IMG/VR virus record: IMGVR_UViG_3300029288_000003
DNA from: an uncultured virus (IMG/VR IMGVR_UViG_3300029288_000003)
Taxonomy: Duplodnaviria > Heunggongvirae > Uroviricota > Caudoviricetes
DNA length: 64,000 nt
Direction: 5' to 3' (one strand)
Shown: piece by piece, positions 7,486-15,738 of the stretch
Numbering within the stretch: position 1 is the stretch's first letter
How the letters are laid out: the number at the start of each line of letters is the position of its first letter
The notes under the pieces: model-generated
The model's database searches: none
What the model was told of the DNA's origin: nothing
The model's input: only the letters and a program-made list of their open reading frames with translations
Translations under genes and position numbers: made by a program

Positions 7486-9324
7486 ATGGCGATACCGGAA
7501 AAATTAGTTATTGATTTTCGACATCCCAATTATTATCGGGACCAAGTTTTTTGGGATTTGTGGCGGTCTACATACAATGGAGGCGATGATTTTGCATACA
7601 CTTATTTGCAAAAATTCACTACCCGTGAAACCGATACAGATTTTAATAATCGTCGGTTAATTACACCTGTTCCAGCCTTTGCTAAGGCCGCAGTAAATGA
7701 TATTCGTAATTCAATTTTTCAACGAATGCGTGATGTATTACGAAAAGATGGTAGTAAAGTCTATCAAAAAGCAGTTGAGGGGTTAGATGGCGGTGTTGAT
7801 CTTCGTGGTTCCAACATGACAGCTTTTATGGGTTATGAAGTTTTAACCGAACTACTTATTATGGGGCGTGTTGGTATCTATGTTGATATGCCTGCATTAC
7901 AGGCAACAACGATTGCTGACATACAGAATGCGCGTCCGTATTTATATATGTATCCAGTTGAGGATATTTTATCGTGGACTGCATCCCGTCCAGATCAACC
8001 CTCTGAATTTCAAGCAATTTTATTAAGGGATCGTTGCGTTGATTATGGCGATTTAAGTACATATAGCAATCAACTTCCAGTTGAATTACCTAAAGGCAGT
8101 TATGAACGCTATCGTTTTGTGTTCAAATGCCCAATTGATGGAAAAATTCGTGTTCAATTCTTCAATACTAAAGGAAATCCAATTACACCCGATAATATTG
8201 AATTAAATGCAGTTGATCCAATTCAATTAGAACTTGAACAAATACCATTTACTATTTTAGATATTGGCGACAGCGTACTAAAAGATGTCTGTAAGCATCA
8301 AATTGCTTTATTAAATCTTGGATCGAGTGATGTAGCGTATGCTTTAAAAGCAAATTTCCCATTTTATACGGAACAAGCTGATTTACGCGCAGTGGGCGAT
8401 CATTTAAAACATCCAATGAATCCAGATGGAACTGCAACAGAAGGTGGCCAACCTGGACAAAATGTTGAACGACAAATTGGAGCTACACAAGGAATACGAT
8501 ACGATTTACGGGCCGAACGACCTGAGTTTATTCATCCATCGCCGGAACCTCTTGAAGCCTCTATTAAGTTACAAGAAAAATTGGAAGATGATATACGGAA
8601 ATTAGTAAATTTGGCCGTAGCTAATAAGGTTGGGCGTTCAATTTCTGCCGAAGCAAAAGATATGGACAACCAGGGACTTGAGGCTGGTCTTTCTTTTATT
8701 GGTATGATCTTAGAAAATGGTGAACGTAAAATTGCAGGATACTGGGCATCGTATGAAGAAAAGACAGAGAGACTTCGTAAAATACCTGTTATTAAATATC
8801 CCGATAGATACAGTTTAAAAACTGATTTAGTTCGACTTGATGAAGCTAAGAAACTAAATGATCTGATGTATTCGGTGCCGGGTCAAACTGTAAAGAGAGA
8901 ACTTGCAAAATGTATTGTAATTTCTCTGTTGGCAGGTAAAATTTCAGTTGAAATGATGGATAAGATCAACTCTGAAATTGATAATGCACCATATACAACC
9001 AGTGATCCTGATGTTATCCTTCGTGCTAAAGAAGAAGGCGCGGTGGGTGATGAGACTGCCACAATGGCACTAGGGTTCAACGCCGAGGAAGCCGCGAAGG
9101 CTCGTGCGGATCATTTAGACCGGATTACTAGGATTGCCGTGGCTCAAAGTAAAGGTGGTGGTATGGGAGCCAATAATCCGGGTGCCAGAGGAGTTAATGA
9201 TTTATCGGCTGACCCCTCTGGTCAAGCAAGGGATGAGAAAGCACAATCAAGAGATACAACTTTAAACCCTGATACTACGCCACCAGTGCGTGGTGAAGGT
9301 AAAAATAATAAGGATGAAGAATAA
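7486..9324 (+). CDS. Portal protein
   Basis: Follows TerL; 612 aa; GRVGIYVDMP...RPYLYMY typical of SPP1/DUF4055-type portals. Confidence 0.8.
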   Translation: MAIPEKLVIDFRHPNYYRDQVFWDLWRSTYNGGDDFAYTYLQKFTTRETDTDFNNRRLITPVPAFAKAAVNDIRNSIFQRMRDVLRKDGSKVYQKAVEGLDGGVDLRGSNMTAFMGYEVLTELLIMGRVGIYVDMPALQATTIADIQNARPYLYMYPVEDILSWTASRPDQPSEFQAILLRDRCVDYGDLSTYSNQLPVELPKGSYERYRFVFKCPIDGKIRVQFFNTKGNPITPDNIELNAVDPIQLELEQIPFTILDIGDSVLKDVCKHQIALLNLGSSDVAYALKANFPFYTEQADLRAVGDHLKHPMNPDGTATEGGQPGQNVERQIGATQGIRYDLRAERPEFIHPSPEPLEASIKLQEKLEDDIRKLVNLAVANKVGRSISAEAKDMDNQGLEAGLSFIGMILENGERKIAGYWASYEEKTERLRKIPVIKYPDRYSLKTDLVRLDEAKKLNDLMYSVPGQTVKRELAKCIVISLLAGKISVEMMDKINSEIDNAPYTTSDPDVILRAKEEGAVGDETATMALGFNAEEAAKARADHLDRITRIAVAQSKGGGMGANNPGARGVNDLSADPSGQARDEKAQSRDTTLNPDTTPPVRGEGKNNKDEE

Positions 9325-9845
9325 TGGCAAGTATGTATGGTTCTCTAGTTAAAGCCAATGCTTATTTTCTCACTCGACTTCATTCTGAGCCGTGGGAAAA
9401 TTCATCCGCAAGCGATCAAACAAAAGCCTTATATACAGCAACTCGTATAATTGATCGTTTAAATTATAAAGGTTATAAACACGCTGTTTATCTTATATTA
9501 GAAGCAGCCGAATCGTATGATGATGTAACACAAGCAGCACGACGAACCGCAGAAGCGTCACAAGAATTAGAATTTCCTCGTGATTCGGATACAGTTGTGC
9601 CGACAGATGTTGAAACCGCATGTTTTGAAATTGCATTGGCACTATTAGACGGTGTAGACCCTGACATAGAATTGGAAAATTTGGGGGTGACGAATCAAAG
9701 TTATAGTGGAGTTAAAACGGCATATAATCGGGATCAACAGCCAATTGAACATTTATTACATGGAATACCAAGTGCTATGGCATGGCGAATCTTAAAACCA
9801 TTTTTACGGGATGGTCGTGCTGTAACAACTGCGAGAGTAAATTAA
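9324..9845 (+). CDS. Head-tail adaptor (DnaT-like family)
   Basis: ANAYF..R...W...KAL..ATR.ID.L.Y.G; QELEFPR; P.DV..AC.E.AL. Confidence 0.65.
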   Translation: MASMYGSLVKANAYFLTRLHSEPWENSSASDQTKALYTATRIIDRLNYKGYKHAVYLILEAAESYDDVTQAARRTAEASQELEFPRDSDTVVPTDVETACFEIALALLDGVDPDIELENLGVTNQSYSGVKTAYNRDQQPIEHLLHGIPSAMAWRILKPFLRDGRAVTTARVN

Positions 9846-9931
9846 ACCTGGGTCTCGCAGCCAGGGATACATAGTCAACAATACCTGCGGTTGGCATGTA
9901 CATTAAGGCAGGGCAGTTTTAGGAGATTAAA

Positions 9932-10780
9932 ATGAACTATTTACTGCAAGTTTCGGTGTCGATGTTTGAAGGTGATGAAGGTAGTCAAGATCAGGCAGCA
10001 ATTGAAGCTGCGGCACGAGAGGCGGCTGCGGCTGCGGAAGCGGCTGAGGCGGCTAAGAAAAAGGTCACGGAAGGCGCTAAGACATTTAATCAAGATCAAG
10101 TAAACGCAATTGTTGCGGCTGATCGGCGTAAACTAGCTGAGAAGTATCAAGAACTTGAAGGAATGTACAAAACAGCTTTAGAGGATAAGAACCTTACGGC
10201 AGAGGCTCGGTCTCAGTTAGAGGCAAAATTGGAAGACGTGCAAAAAACTTTCTTAACCAAGGAAGAGACGTTGATTGCAGAAAAGAAGAAGTTGGAGGAA
10301 AACTTATCGAAGGAAGCCAACCAGTGGAAGGATGCCGCTATTCGTTGGGAAAATCAGTTTAAGCAAACTTTGATGGATCGTACTCTTCAAGATGCCGCTG
10401 TGCAGCATGAAGCCTACAATCCTTCTCAAATGATTGCTTTACTCCGTCCAATGACAAAGGTAACTGAGAAGTTGGATGAACAAGGTAAGGGTACTGGCAG
10501 CTATGAAGTGGTTGTGGACCTTGCCGACATTAACAGTGAGACTGGTTCGCCACAAGTTACTCGTCGGGCACCAGAAGATGCTGTTAAGCGAATGAAGGAA
10601 CTAAAAGACTTATACGGAAACCTTTTCAAGACTAATGTGGTATCTGGCATTGGGGCTGGTACTGCACAGGGCGGCATGGCCAGTGGTAAAGTTGACCCCA
10701 AGAAAATTTCTACCGCTGAATACATGCGACTTCGGAAAGAAAATCCAGAGGCTCTCGGTATTAAGAAAGGCAACCGATAA
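9932..10780 (+). CDS. Capsid scaffolding protein
   Basis: KTFNQDQVNAIV motif, coiled coil, C-terminal basic helix; lies directly before the MCP. Confidence 0.8.
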   Translation: MNYLLQVSVSMFEGDEGSQDQAAIEAAAREAAAAAEAAEAAKKKVTEGAKTFNQDQVNAIVAADRRKLAEKYQELEGMYKTALEDKNLTAEARSQLEAKLEDVQKTFLTKEETLIAEKKKLEENLSKEANQWKDAAIRWENQFKQTLMDRTLQDAAVQHEAYNPSQMIALLRPMTKVTEKLDEQGKGTGSYEVVVDLADINSETGSPQVTRRAPEDAVKRMKELKDLYGNLFKTNVVSGIGAGTAQGGMASGKVDPKKISTAEYMRLRKENPEALGIKKGNR

Positions 10781-10956
10781 ATATTGTACCGGCTAATCCG
10801 GGTATTGTGTGAGGTTACAAGGACATTTACTCCACCAATTAGTAAAGTAACAAAAAATTGGGCCTTAAATCCGAAATACCCAGTCTTCGGACACTAAAAT
10901 AAATCTGGGGTTGAATGAGTTTGACTGTAAAACAAATTTAACAAGGAGTATAGACA

Positions 10957-12366
10957 ATGGATAAGTATCTATTGCAAGTGTCCGTGGCCTGTTTTGAGAA
11001 TAACAACGACGCTTTCGTTCCAGAGTTATGGGCGAATGAGGGTTTGGCTATTCTCCAAGAAAATATGGTCATGGCAAATCTAGTCCATCGTGATTTTTCG
11101 ATGGAAATTGCTAACTACGGCGACGTGGTTAATACTCGTCGGCCCGGCACGTTCGGGATTCGGCGTAAAGAGGACTCTGGCTCAGTGTTGCCGCAAGATG
11201 CGTCGGCTACTCTGGTCTCCGTTCCACTTAACCAGCACATCTACATCACCTTCACCATCAAGGATGGTGAGGCCAGCAAGTCCTTCCAGGATTTGGTCCA
11301 AATCTACTTGGCCCCTGGTATGCAAGGCATTGCTCGGTCAATTGATCGTATTCTATGCGGTCAGGTGCATCGCTACTTTGCGAACCGTGTTGGTAAGTTA
11401 AGTGGTCTAACGGCTGACAACGCCAAGAATACCTTGCTTGAAGCTCGTGAAACCCTCAACAAGAATTTGGCTTACCCACAAGGTCGCCGAATCGTTTTGG
11501 CCCCCTCGGCTGAGACGGCAATGTTGAAGACTGACCTTTTCCTAAAGGCCAACGAGCGTGGCGATGGTGGTATTGCTCTACAGGAAGCGGCCTTGGGTCG
11601 TGTTCTTGGGTTTGATACCTACATGGCTCAAAACCAGCCGGGTATCAGTTCTGGTGCCGATGTGATCGTTCCTGCTGATGGTGCCAACGGCGCACATGCC
11701 GTGGGTGCAACTACTTTGAATCTTGACGCCGCTGCTACCGGCGCAGTGAATGGTGACTATGTTGTTGCCGCTACCGATGGTCAACCACGGTACATCGTTG
11801 ACAACACCAGTCTCACTGCTCTAGTGCTTGACGCTGGTTTGAAGTATGCCATCGCTGACGCCGATGTTGTGACTGTTTACAAGAGTTGCAATGTTGACGG
11901 AGCGTATGACGCTGGTTATGCGAAGGGTGTTACAGTTGATGGTTATACCTCAACCTGTGAGCCACAAGTCGGCCAGTTACTCGCTTTCGGTGATGATGCC
12001 AACGGTGTTGATCGTCATGTCTACACCATCGTTGAGGCTTATGTCAATCCAACGAACTCAAGCCAAACCATTTTGTGGCTTGATCGTCCATTGGCAAAGG
12101 CTCTGTCTGACGATGAGAAGGCTCACCCTGGTCCTTATGGGTCGTTTAACTTTGCATTCCATCGGGATGCACTGGCTCTAGTGACTCGTCCTCTTGCTCT
12201 ACCACGAGCAGGCGGTGTTCAGTCGGCAGTTGCCAACTACAATGACGTTGCCATGCGTGTTACAATGGCCTACGATATTTGGTCGCAAGGCACGGTTGTA
12301 ACCCTGGACGTTCTAGCAGGTGTGGCTCTGTTGGATGAAAACCTCGGTTGCGTTTTGCTTGGTTAA
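10957..12366 (+). CDS. Major capsid protein (P22 coat-like HK97 fold, with insertion)
   Basis: PELWA..L..L.ENMV..NLV.RDF....GD.V; LGRVLGFDTY; AFHRDALALVTRPL; LDVLAGV. Confidence 0.85.
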   Translation: MDKYLLQVSVACFENNNDAFVPELWANEGLAILQENMVMANLVHRDFSMEIANYGDVVNTRRPGTFGIRRKEDSGSVLPQDASATLVSVPLNQHIYITFTIKDGEASKSFQDLVQIYLAPGMQGIARSIDRILCGQVHRYFANRVGKLSGLTADNAKNTLLEARETLNKNLAYPQGRRIVLAPSAETAMLKTDLFLKANERGDGGIALQEAALGRVLGFDTYMAQNQPGISSGADVIVPADGANGAHAVGATTLNLDAAATGAVNGDYVVAATDGQPRYIVDNTSLTALVLDAGLKYAIADADVVTVYKSCNVDGAYDAGYAKGVTVDGYTSTCEPQVGQLLAFGDDANGVDRHVYTIVEAYVNPTNSSQTILWLDRPLAKALSDDEKAHPGPYGSFNFAFHRDALALVTRPLALPRAGGVQSAVANYNDVAMRVTMAYDIWSQGTVVTLDVLAGVALLDENLGCVLLG

Positions 12367-12382
12367 AAAGTAACCAATAGAT

Positions 12383-12425
12383 TCTCGGAGGTCTTACGAC
12401 CTCCGAGACATCTTTAACATTGAAA
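12383..12425 (+). terminator. Hairpin plus conserved 17-nt tail after the MCP
   Basis: TCTCGGAGGTC-ttac-GACCTCCGAGA followed by CATCTTTAACATTGAAA. Confidence 0.6.
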
Positions 12426-12435
12426 GGACGCGACA

Positions 12436-12723
12436 ATGAGTTTTCCCTGGGTTGAAATATTAAAAGATGTGGGACCATTTATTGGTATCATAATCTTTTT
12501 TGTATGGAGAGATTGGCGAAGAGAAGAAAAACTCTATGACCGTGTTGAAAAACTTGAAACCTATCAGAAAGATATACTTGAGAGTCTTGTCGAAAAGTCT
12601 ACAATGGCTTTAACACAAAGTTCTGAATGTATCAAATGGATAGGTCGAGTTTTAGAACATTTATCACGAGTTTGTCCAAGAATAATTGGCAATGACTGTG
12701 AGAAACCAGACACACTCAGATGA
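12436..12723 (+). CDS. Small single-TM protein (holin-like)
   Basis: N-terminal TM helix then a charged coiled coil. Confidence 0.45.
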   Translation: MSFPWVEILKDVGPFIGIIIFFVWRDWRREEKLYDRVEKLETYQKDILESLVEKSTMALTQSSECIKWIGRVLEHLSRVCPRIIGNDCEKPDTLR

Positions 12724-13223
12724 GTAATACTACCAACTATAACTTAAATCGACGCATTCGACAGGCTTTGTACGTATTAAAACGTGCATTTGGAAGTACC
12801 ATTGTACTCCATAAGCTGTTGGATGCTAGTACAAGTTATACAACTGGTATTAAGAGTTCTACTTCCACTTCGACAACTATTCCACGGTGCATTGTACTTC
12901 CAGTACGATTACAGCGTGAGGTTATTCAAACTGTGTCGCAAATTTCTGCCAATAAGACTTTTGCGTATGGTGATAGTGGTTCATTTGATAGTGGTACTCG
13001 TGAATTTGTAATTGATGCAAGAGACTTACCACCAGGGTACGTTGTTGAATTAGACGATTGGATCGTCTATAATGATCGTAGATATGAACTTAAAAATATC
13101 GAGCAATTGGAACAAAACACAGGATGGCATATCACTGGTAAGATGATTGTTAGTTCTACAGTGGCAAAGGATGCCGAAGTTGCGGACACCTTAAATTTTA
13201 CTGAGGGGACCGACAATGAATGA
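12720..13223 (+). CDS. Head-closure/stopper protein
   Basis: Position; DDWIVYNDRRYELKNIE beta motif. Confidence 0.55.
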   Translation: MSNTTNYNLNRRIRQALYVLKRAFGSTIVLHKLLDASTSYTTGIKSSTSTSTTIPRCIVLPVRLQREVIQTVSQISANKTFAYGDSGSFDSGTREFVIDARDLPPGYVVELDDWIVYNDRRYELKNIEQLEQNTGWHITGKMIVSSTVAKDAEVADTLNFTEGTDNE

Positions 13224-13689
13224 GAATTGGCCGCGATGGATTATGGCATCAATTGCTAAATATTTCAGTGACATTGTTTCTACTATACCATTGCCATTAC
13301 TTGTTGATGGAGTAGATGAACGTGAACCTGAAAAATTGCATTACGATCATGCAGAATTACGAATAAGTGGTCCTTATACAACTGAACTAAGTCGCAATTA
13401 CTTTCGGATACTTGTTGATGTGAATGTATTGTTGACTGAATTGATGGATAAAGTTAATGCTTATGATCTACAAACTTGGTGTGGAATAATAGCCGCAGCA
13501 ATGGATGGTCCTATTAACATCTATAAATACGGTAATGAGGCTGGTGACGACGGTTCATGGGTTTTTTGCCTAACACCCGTGAATGGTCGCATTGACCCAA
13601 ATCGTATTTTACATTTCGGTCAACTTGGACGAACAGATCGAATTCGTCAATCTATGATCGACGGACATTTCGTAACCTATAATAGTTAG
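13216..13689 (+). CDS. Tail terminator protein (putative)
   Basis: Position before the tail tube; size 157 aa. Confidence 0.5.
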   Translation: MNENWPRWIMASIAKYFSDIVSTIPLPLLVDGVDEREPEKLHYDHAELRISGPYTTELSRNYFRILVDVNVLLTELMDKVNAYDLQTWCGIIAAAMDGPINIYKYGNEAGDDGSWVFCLTPVNGRIDPNRILHFGQLGRTDRIRQSMIDGHFVTYNS

Positions 13690-13728
13690 GCAAAACTCAT
13701 TTAGTTTACTTTCAAGAGGAGTATACAC

Positions 13729-14466
13729 ATGGCAAGAATTGAATTGCGTGATGCTACAATTCGTATCAAGGACGGCCTGAGTGGTTCGGCAGTTATTAAC
13801 GACACACCAGACGCCAACGATACTAACGTGGACATCACCACAGTAAACCTAAACACAACGGTTTCAAATCTAGTGCCAGTGGGAGCGCGATTTACAGTAA
13901 ATACCGCTAATAACGTAACAACGTATACGGTAACTGCTCGAACTCCTGCTAATGCTGGACCAACAACCAATGTGACTTTTACGCCTGTTTGGGGTGCTAC
14001 AGGCACGCCTTCTAATGCAGACGTACTCACCTTTGAATCGTGTCAGATTGACATTAAGATTGGTGAAGGAAACTTAAAATATACGGAGAACAAGGAATAC
14101 AACTATATGCTTGATCGTGGCGATCTTGACACTGTTCGAGAAGGCGACGAGAAACCGCTAGATGTAAGTCTGGAATTCGTATATGAATTCGTTACTACAG
14201 GAACCAGTGAAGCAATTACCCCAATTGATGCATTGAAGCAGCAAAATGGGGCGGCCGAGTGGGTCAGTTCTTCGTCTGACCAGTGCGAGCCGTATGCTGT
14301 TGATATTGAAATCGAACATGATCCGCCTTGCGGAACTGCCGAGACAGAAACGACTGTTCTACCAGATTTCCGGTATGAAAAGTTAGAATTCAGCCTCAAG
14401 GATGCCACGATTTCAGTAACGGGCAAGTGTAATGCTTCGTCTGCAACTGTAACACGAAGTAGCTAA
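13729..14466 (+). CDS. Major tail tube protein
   Basis: Position, strong RBS, downstream terminator, beta-rich Thr-rich sequence. Confidence 0.65.
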   Translation: MARIELRDATIRIKDGLSGSAVINDTPDANDTNVDITTVNLNTTVSNLVPVGARFTVNTANNVTTYTVTARTPANAGPTTNVTFTPVWGATGTPSNADVLTFESCQIDIKIGEGNLKYTENKEYNYMLDRGDLDTVREGDEKPLDVSLEFVYEFVTTGTSEAITPIDALKQQNGAAEWVSSSSDQCEPYAVDIEIEHDPPCGTAETETTVLPDFRYEKLEFSLKDATISVTGKCNASSATVTRSS

Positions 14467-14478
14467 TGATGCGTAATA

Positions 14479-14525
14479 GAGTCTGGATGCCTCATCGGCA
14501 TCCAGACTCATCTTTAACATCGAAA
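14479..14525 (+). terminator. Hairpin plus conserved 17-nt tail after the tail tube gene
   Basis: GAGTCTGGATGCC-tcatc-GGCATCCAGACTC overlapping CATCTTTAACATCGAAA. Confidence 0.6.
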
Positions 14526-14546
14526 CTTAGATAGAGGGAGAAAATT

Positions 14547-15077
14547 ATGAAGATTGGTGGACGAACAGTAGAAGGGCCGCATGAGGAAATCCTTGTGCTA
14601 CCTCGTGGCGAGAATCCAATTGTGATTCGTGCAAAAGCTGTTTTGGACCTAGATGAATTTGAAACAATTTGTCCTGAACCAAAGCCGCCTGGAAAACTAA
14701 CCAAAGAAGGTTGGGTGCCAAACAAGGATGATCCTAGTTATCGGCAGTTAGTATCCATGCATACTGACAAGAGAATCGCTTATATGGTAATTCGATCATT
14801 AGAACCCAGTGAGATTGAATGGGATTCTGTTAAGATTGAAGACCCACGTACATGGTTGAATTATATCAAAGATTTCCGTGAAGCAGGATTAGCTACGGTA
14901 GAAATCAATCGTATTATTCAACTGGTCATGGTGGCAAATGCCTTGGATGAAACCAAGTTAGAAGAGGCTCGAAAGGTTTTTCTACTCGGTCAGCGTCCGG
15001 CACCAGACCAATACTCTGGCCAGAATTCCGAACAGCCGAATTCGCTATCTGGCGAGCCTGCGAACGCTTCGGAATAA
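14547..15077 (+). CDS. Tail assembly chaperone (gpG-like)
   Basis: Lies between tube and tape measure; slippery GGTTTTT at 14975-14981. Confidence 0.6.
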   Translation: MKIGGRTVEGPHEEILVLPRGENPIVIRAKAVLDLDEFETICPEPKPPGKLTKEGWVPNKDDPSYRQLVSMHTDKRIAYMVIRSLEPSEIEWDSVKIEDPRTWLNYIKDFREAGLATVEINRIIQLVMVANALDETKLEEARKVFLLGQRPAPDQYSGQNSEQPNSLSGEPANASE

Positions 15078-15193
15078 AACCGTGGGAGTGGGATGATATT
15101 GATGTTTGGACTCAAGCAAAACTACTCGCATACAATCAAACACGAGAGCATGATGAAAGTGAATTTGCTATAAAATTGGCTGGGGGCGAATAA
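14975..15193 (+). CDS. -1 frameshift extension of the tail chaperone (gpGT-like)
   Basis: The -1 frame is open 14951-15193 with no ATG: ...WPEFRTAEFAIWRACERFGIKPWEWDDIDVWTQAKLLAYNQTRE... Confidence 0.6.
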   Translation, partial: GFSTRSASGTRPILWPEFRTAEFAIWRACERFGIKPWEWDDIDVWTQAKLLAYNQTREHDESEFAIKLAGGE

Positions 15194-15224
15194 TCACCCC
15201 AGCTAATTTTCGGAGTCGCTGACC

Positions 15225-15737
15225 ATGAAAATGACTTGTAACTTTCAACTAATAAAATTAAATCCTGGCACCTATAAAAAAGCGCTTAATACAGAAATGC
15301 TGCAAAAATTAAAAGAAGCAGTTAGTATATGGATACAAGCTGCTATAACAGTAATTCCTGTATGGTCGGGCGCATCACATGGAACCTTTTTAAAATTGGC
15401 CCAGAAAATCGGTATGACATTTTCCATCAGTGGTGGTGGCGGTTTGCCAGGAATGACTGGTCCAGTTTATGGTGATGCACATAGTCAAGGACGATTGACA
15501 ACATGGGGTGGAGCGTTTATTGCTGAATACTCAACAACTTTATGGCATTTAATTTATAATGAATATAATAATGCCAATGCAAACCCCGAAGAAGGGCATT
15601 TGTTTGCACGACTGATACAACCAGGGCCGTATGCTTTCCAAGAAAAAGCAAATGCAGCCTTTTTTGAATACATACAAGGTGTGCGTATGCCATCACCTTG
15701 GTCATACTTAACACTTATACCACGTCAGGTAGCTTAA
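15225..15737 (+). CDS. Neck/tail-completion protein (putative)
   Basis: PVWSGAS motif resembles HK97 gp10-like PVDTG.L; located in the tail module. Confidence 0.4.
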   Translation: MKMTCNFQLIKLNPGTYKKALNTEMLQKLKEAVSIWIQAAITVIPVWSGASHGTFLKLAQKIGMTFSISGGGGLPGMTGPVYGDAHSQGRLTTWGGAFIAEYSTTLWHLIYNEYNNANANPEEGHLFARLIQPGPYAFQEKANAAFFEYIQGVRMPSPWSYLTLIPRQVA

Positions 15738-15738
15738 A

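Noticed and set aside
10870..10910. PreQ1-I riboswitch
   Set aside because: Hairpin plus A-rich tail is similar in shape, but the conserved ligand-binding loop sequence is not evident and the context (capsid gene) does not fit.
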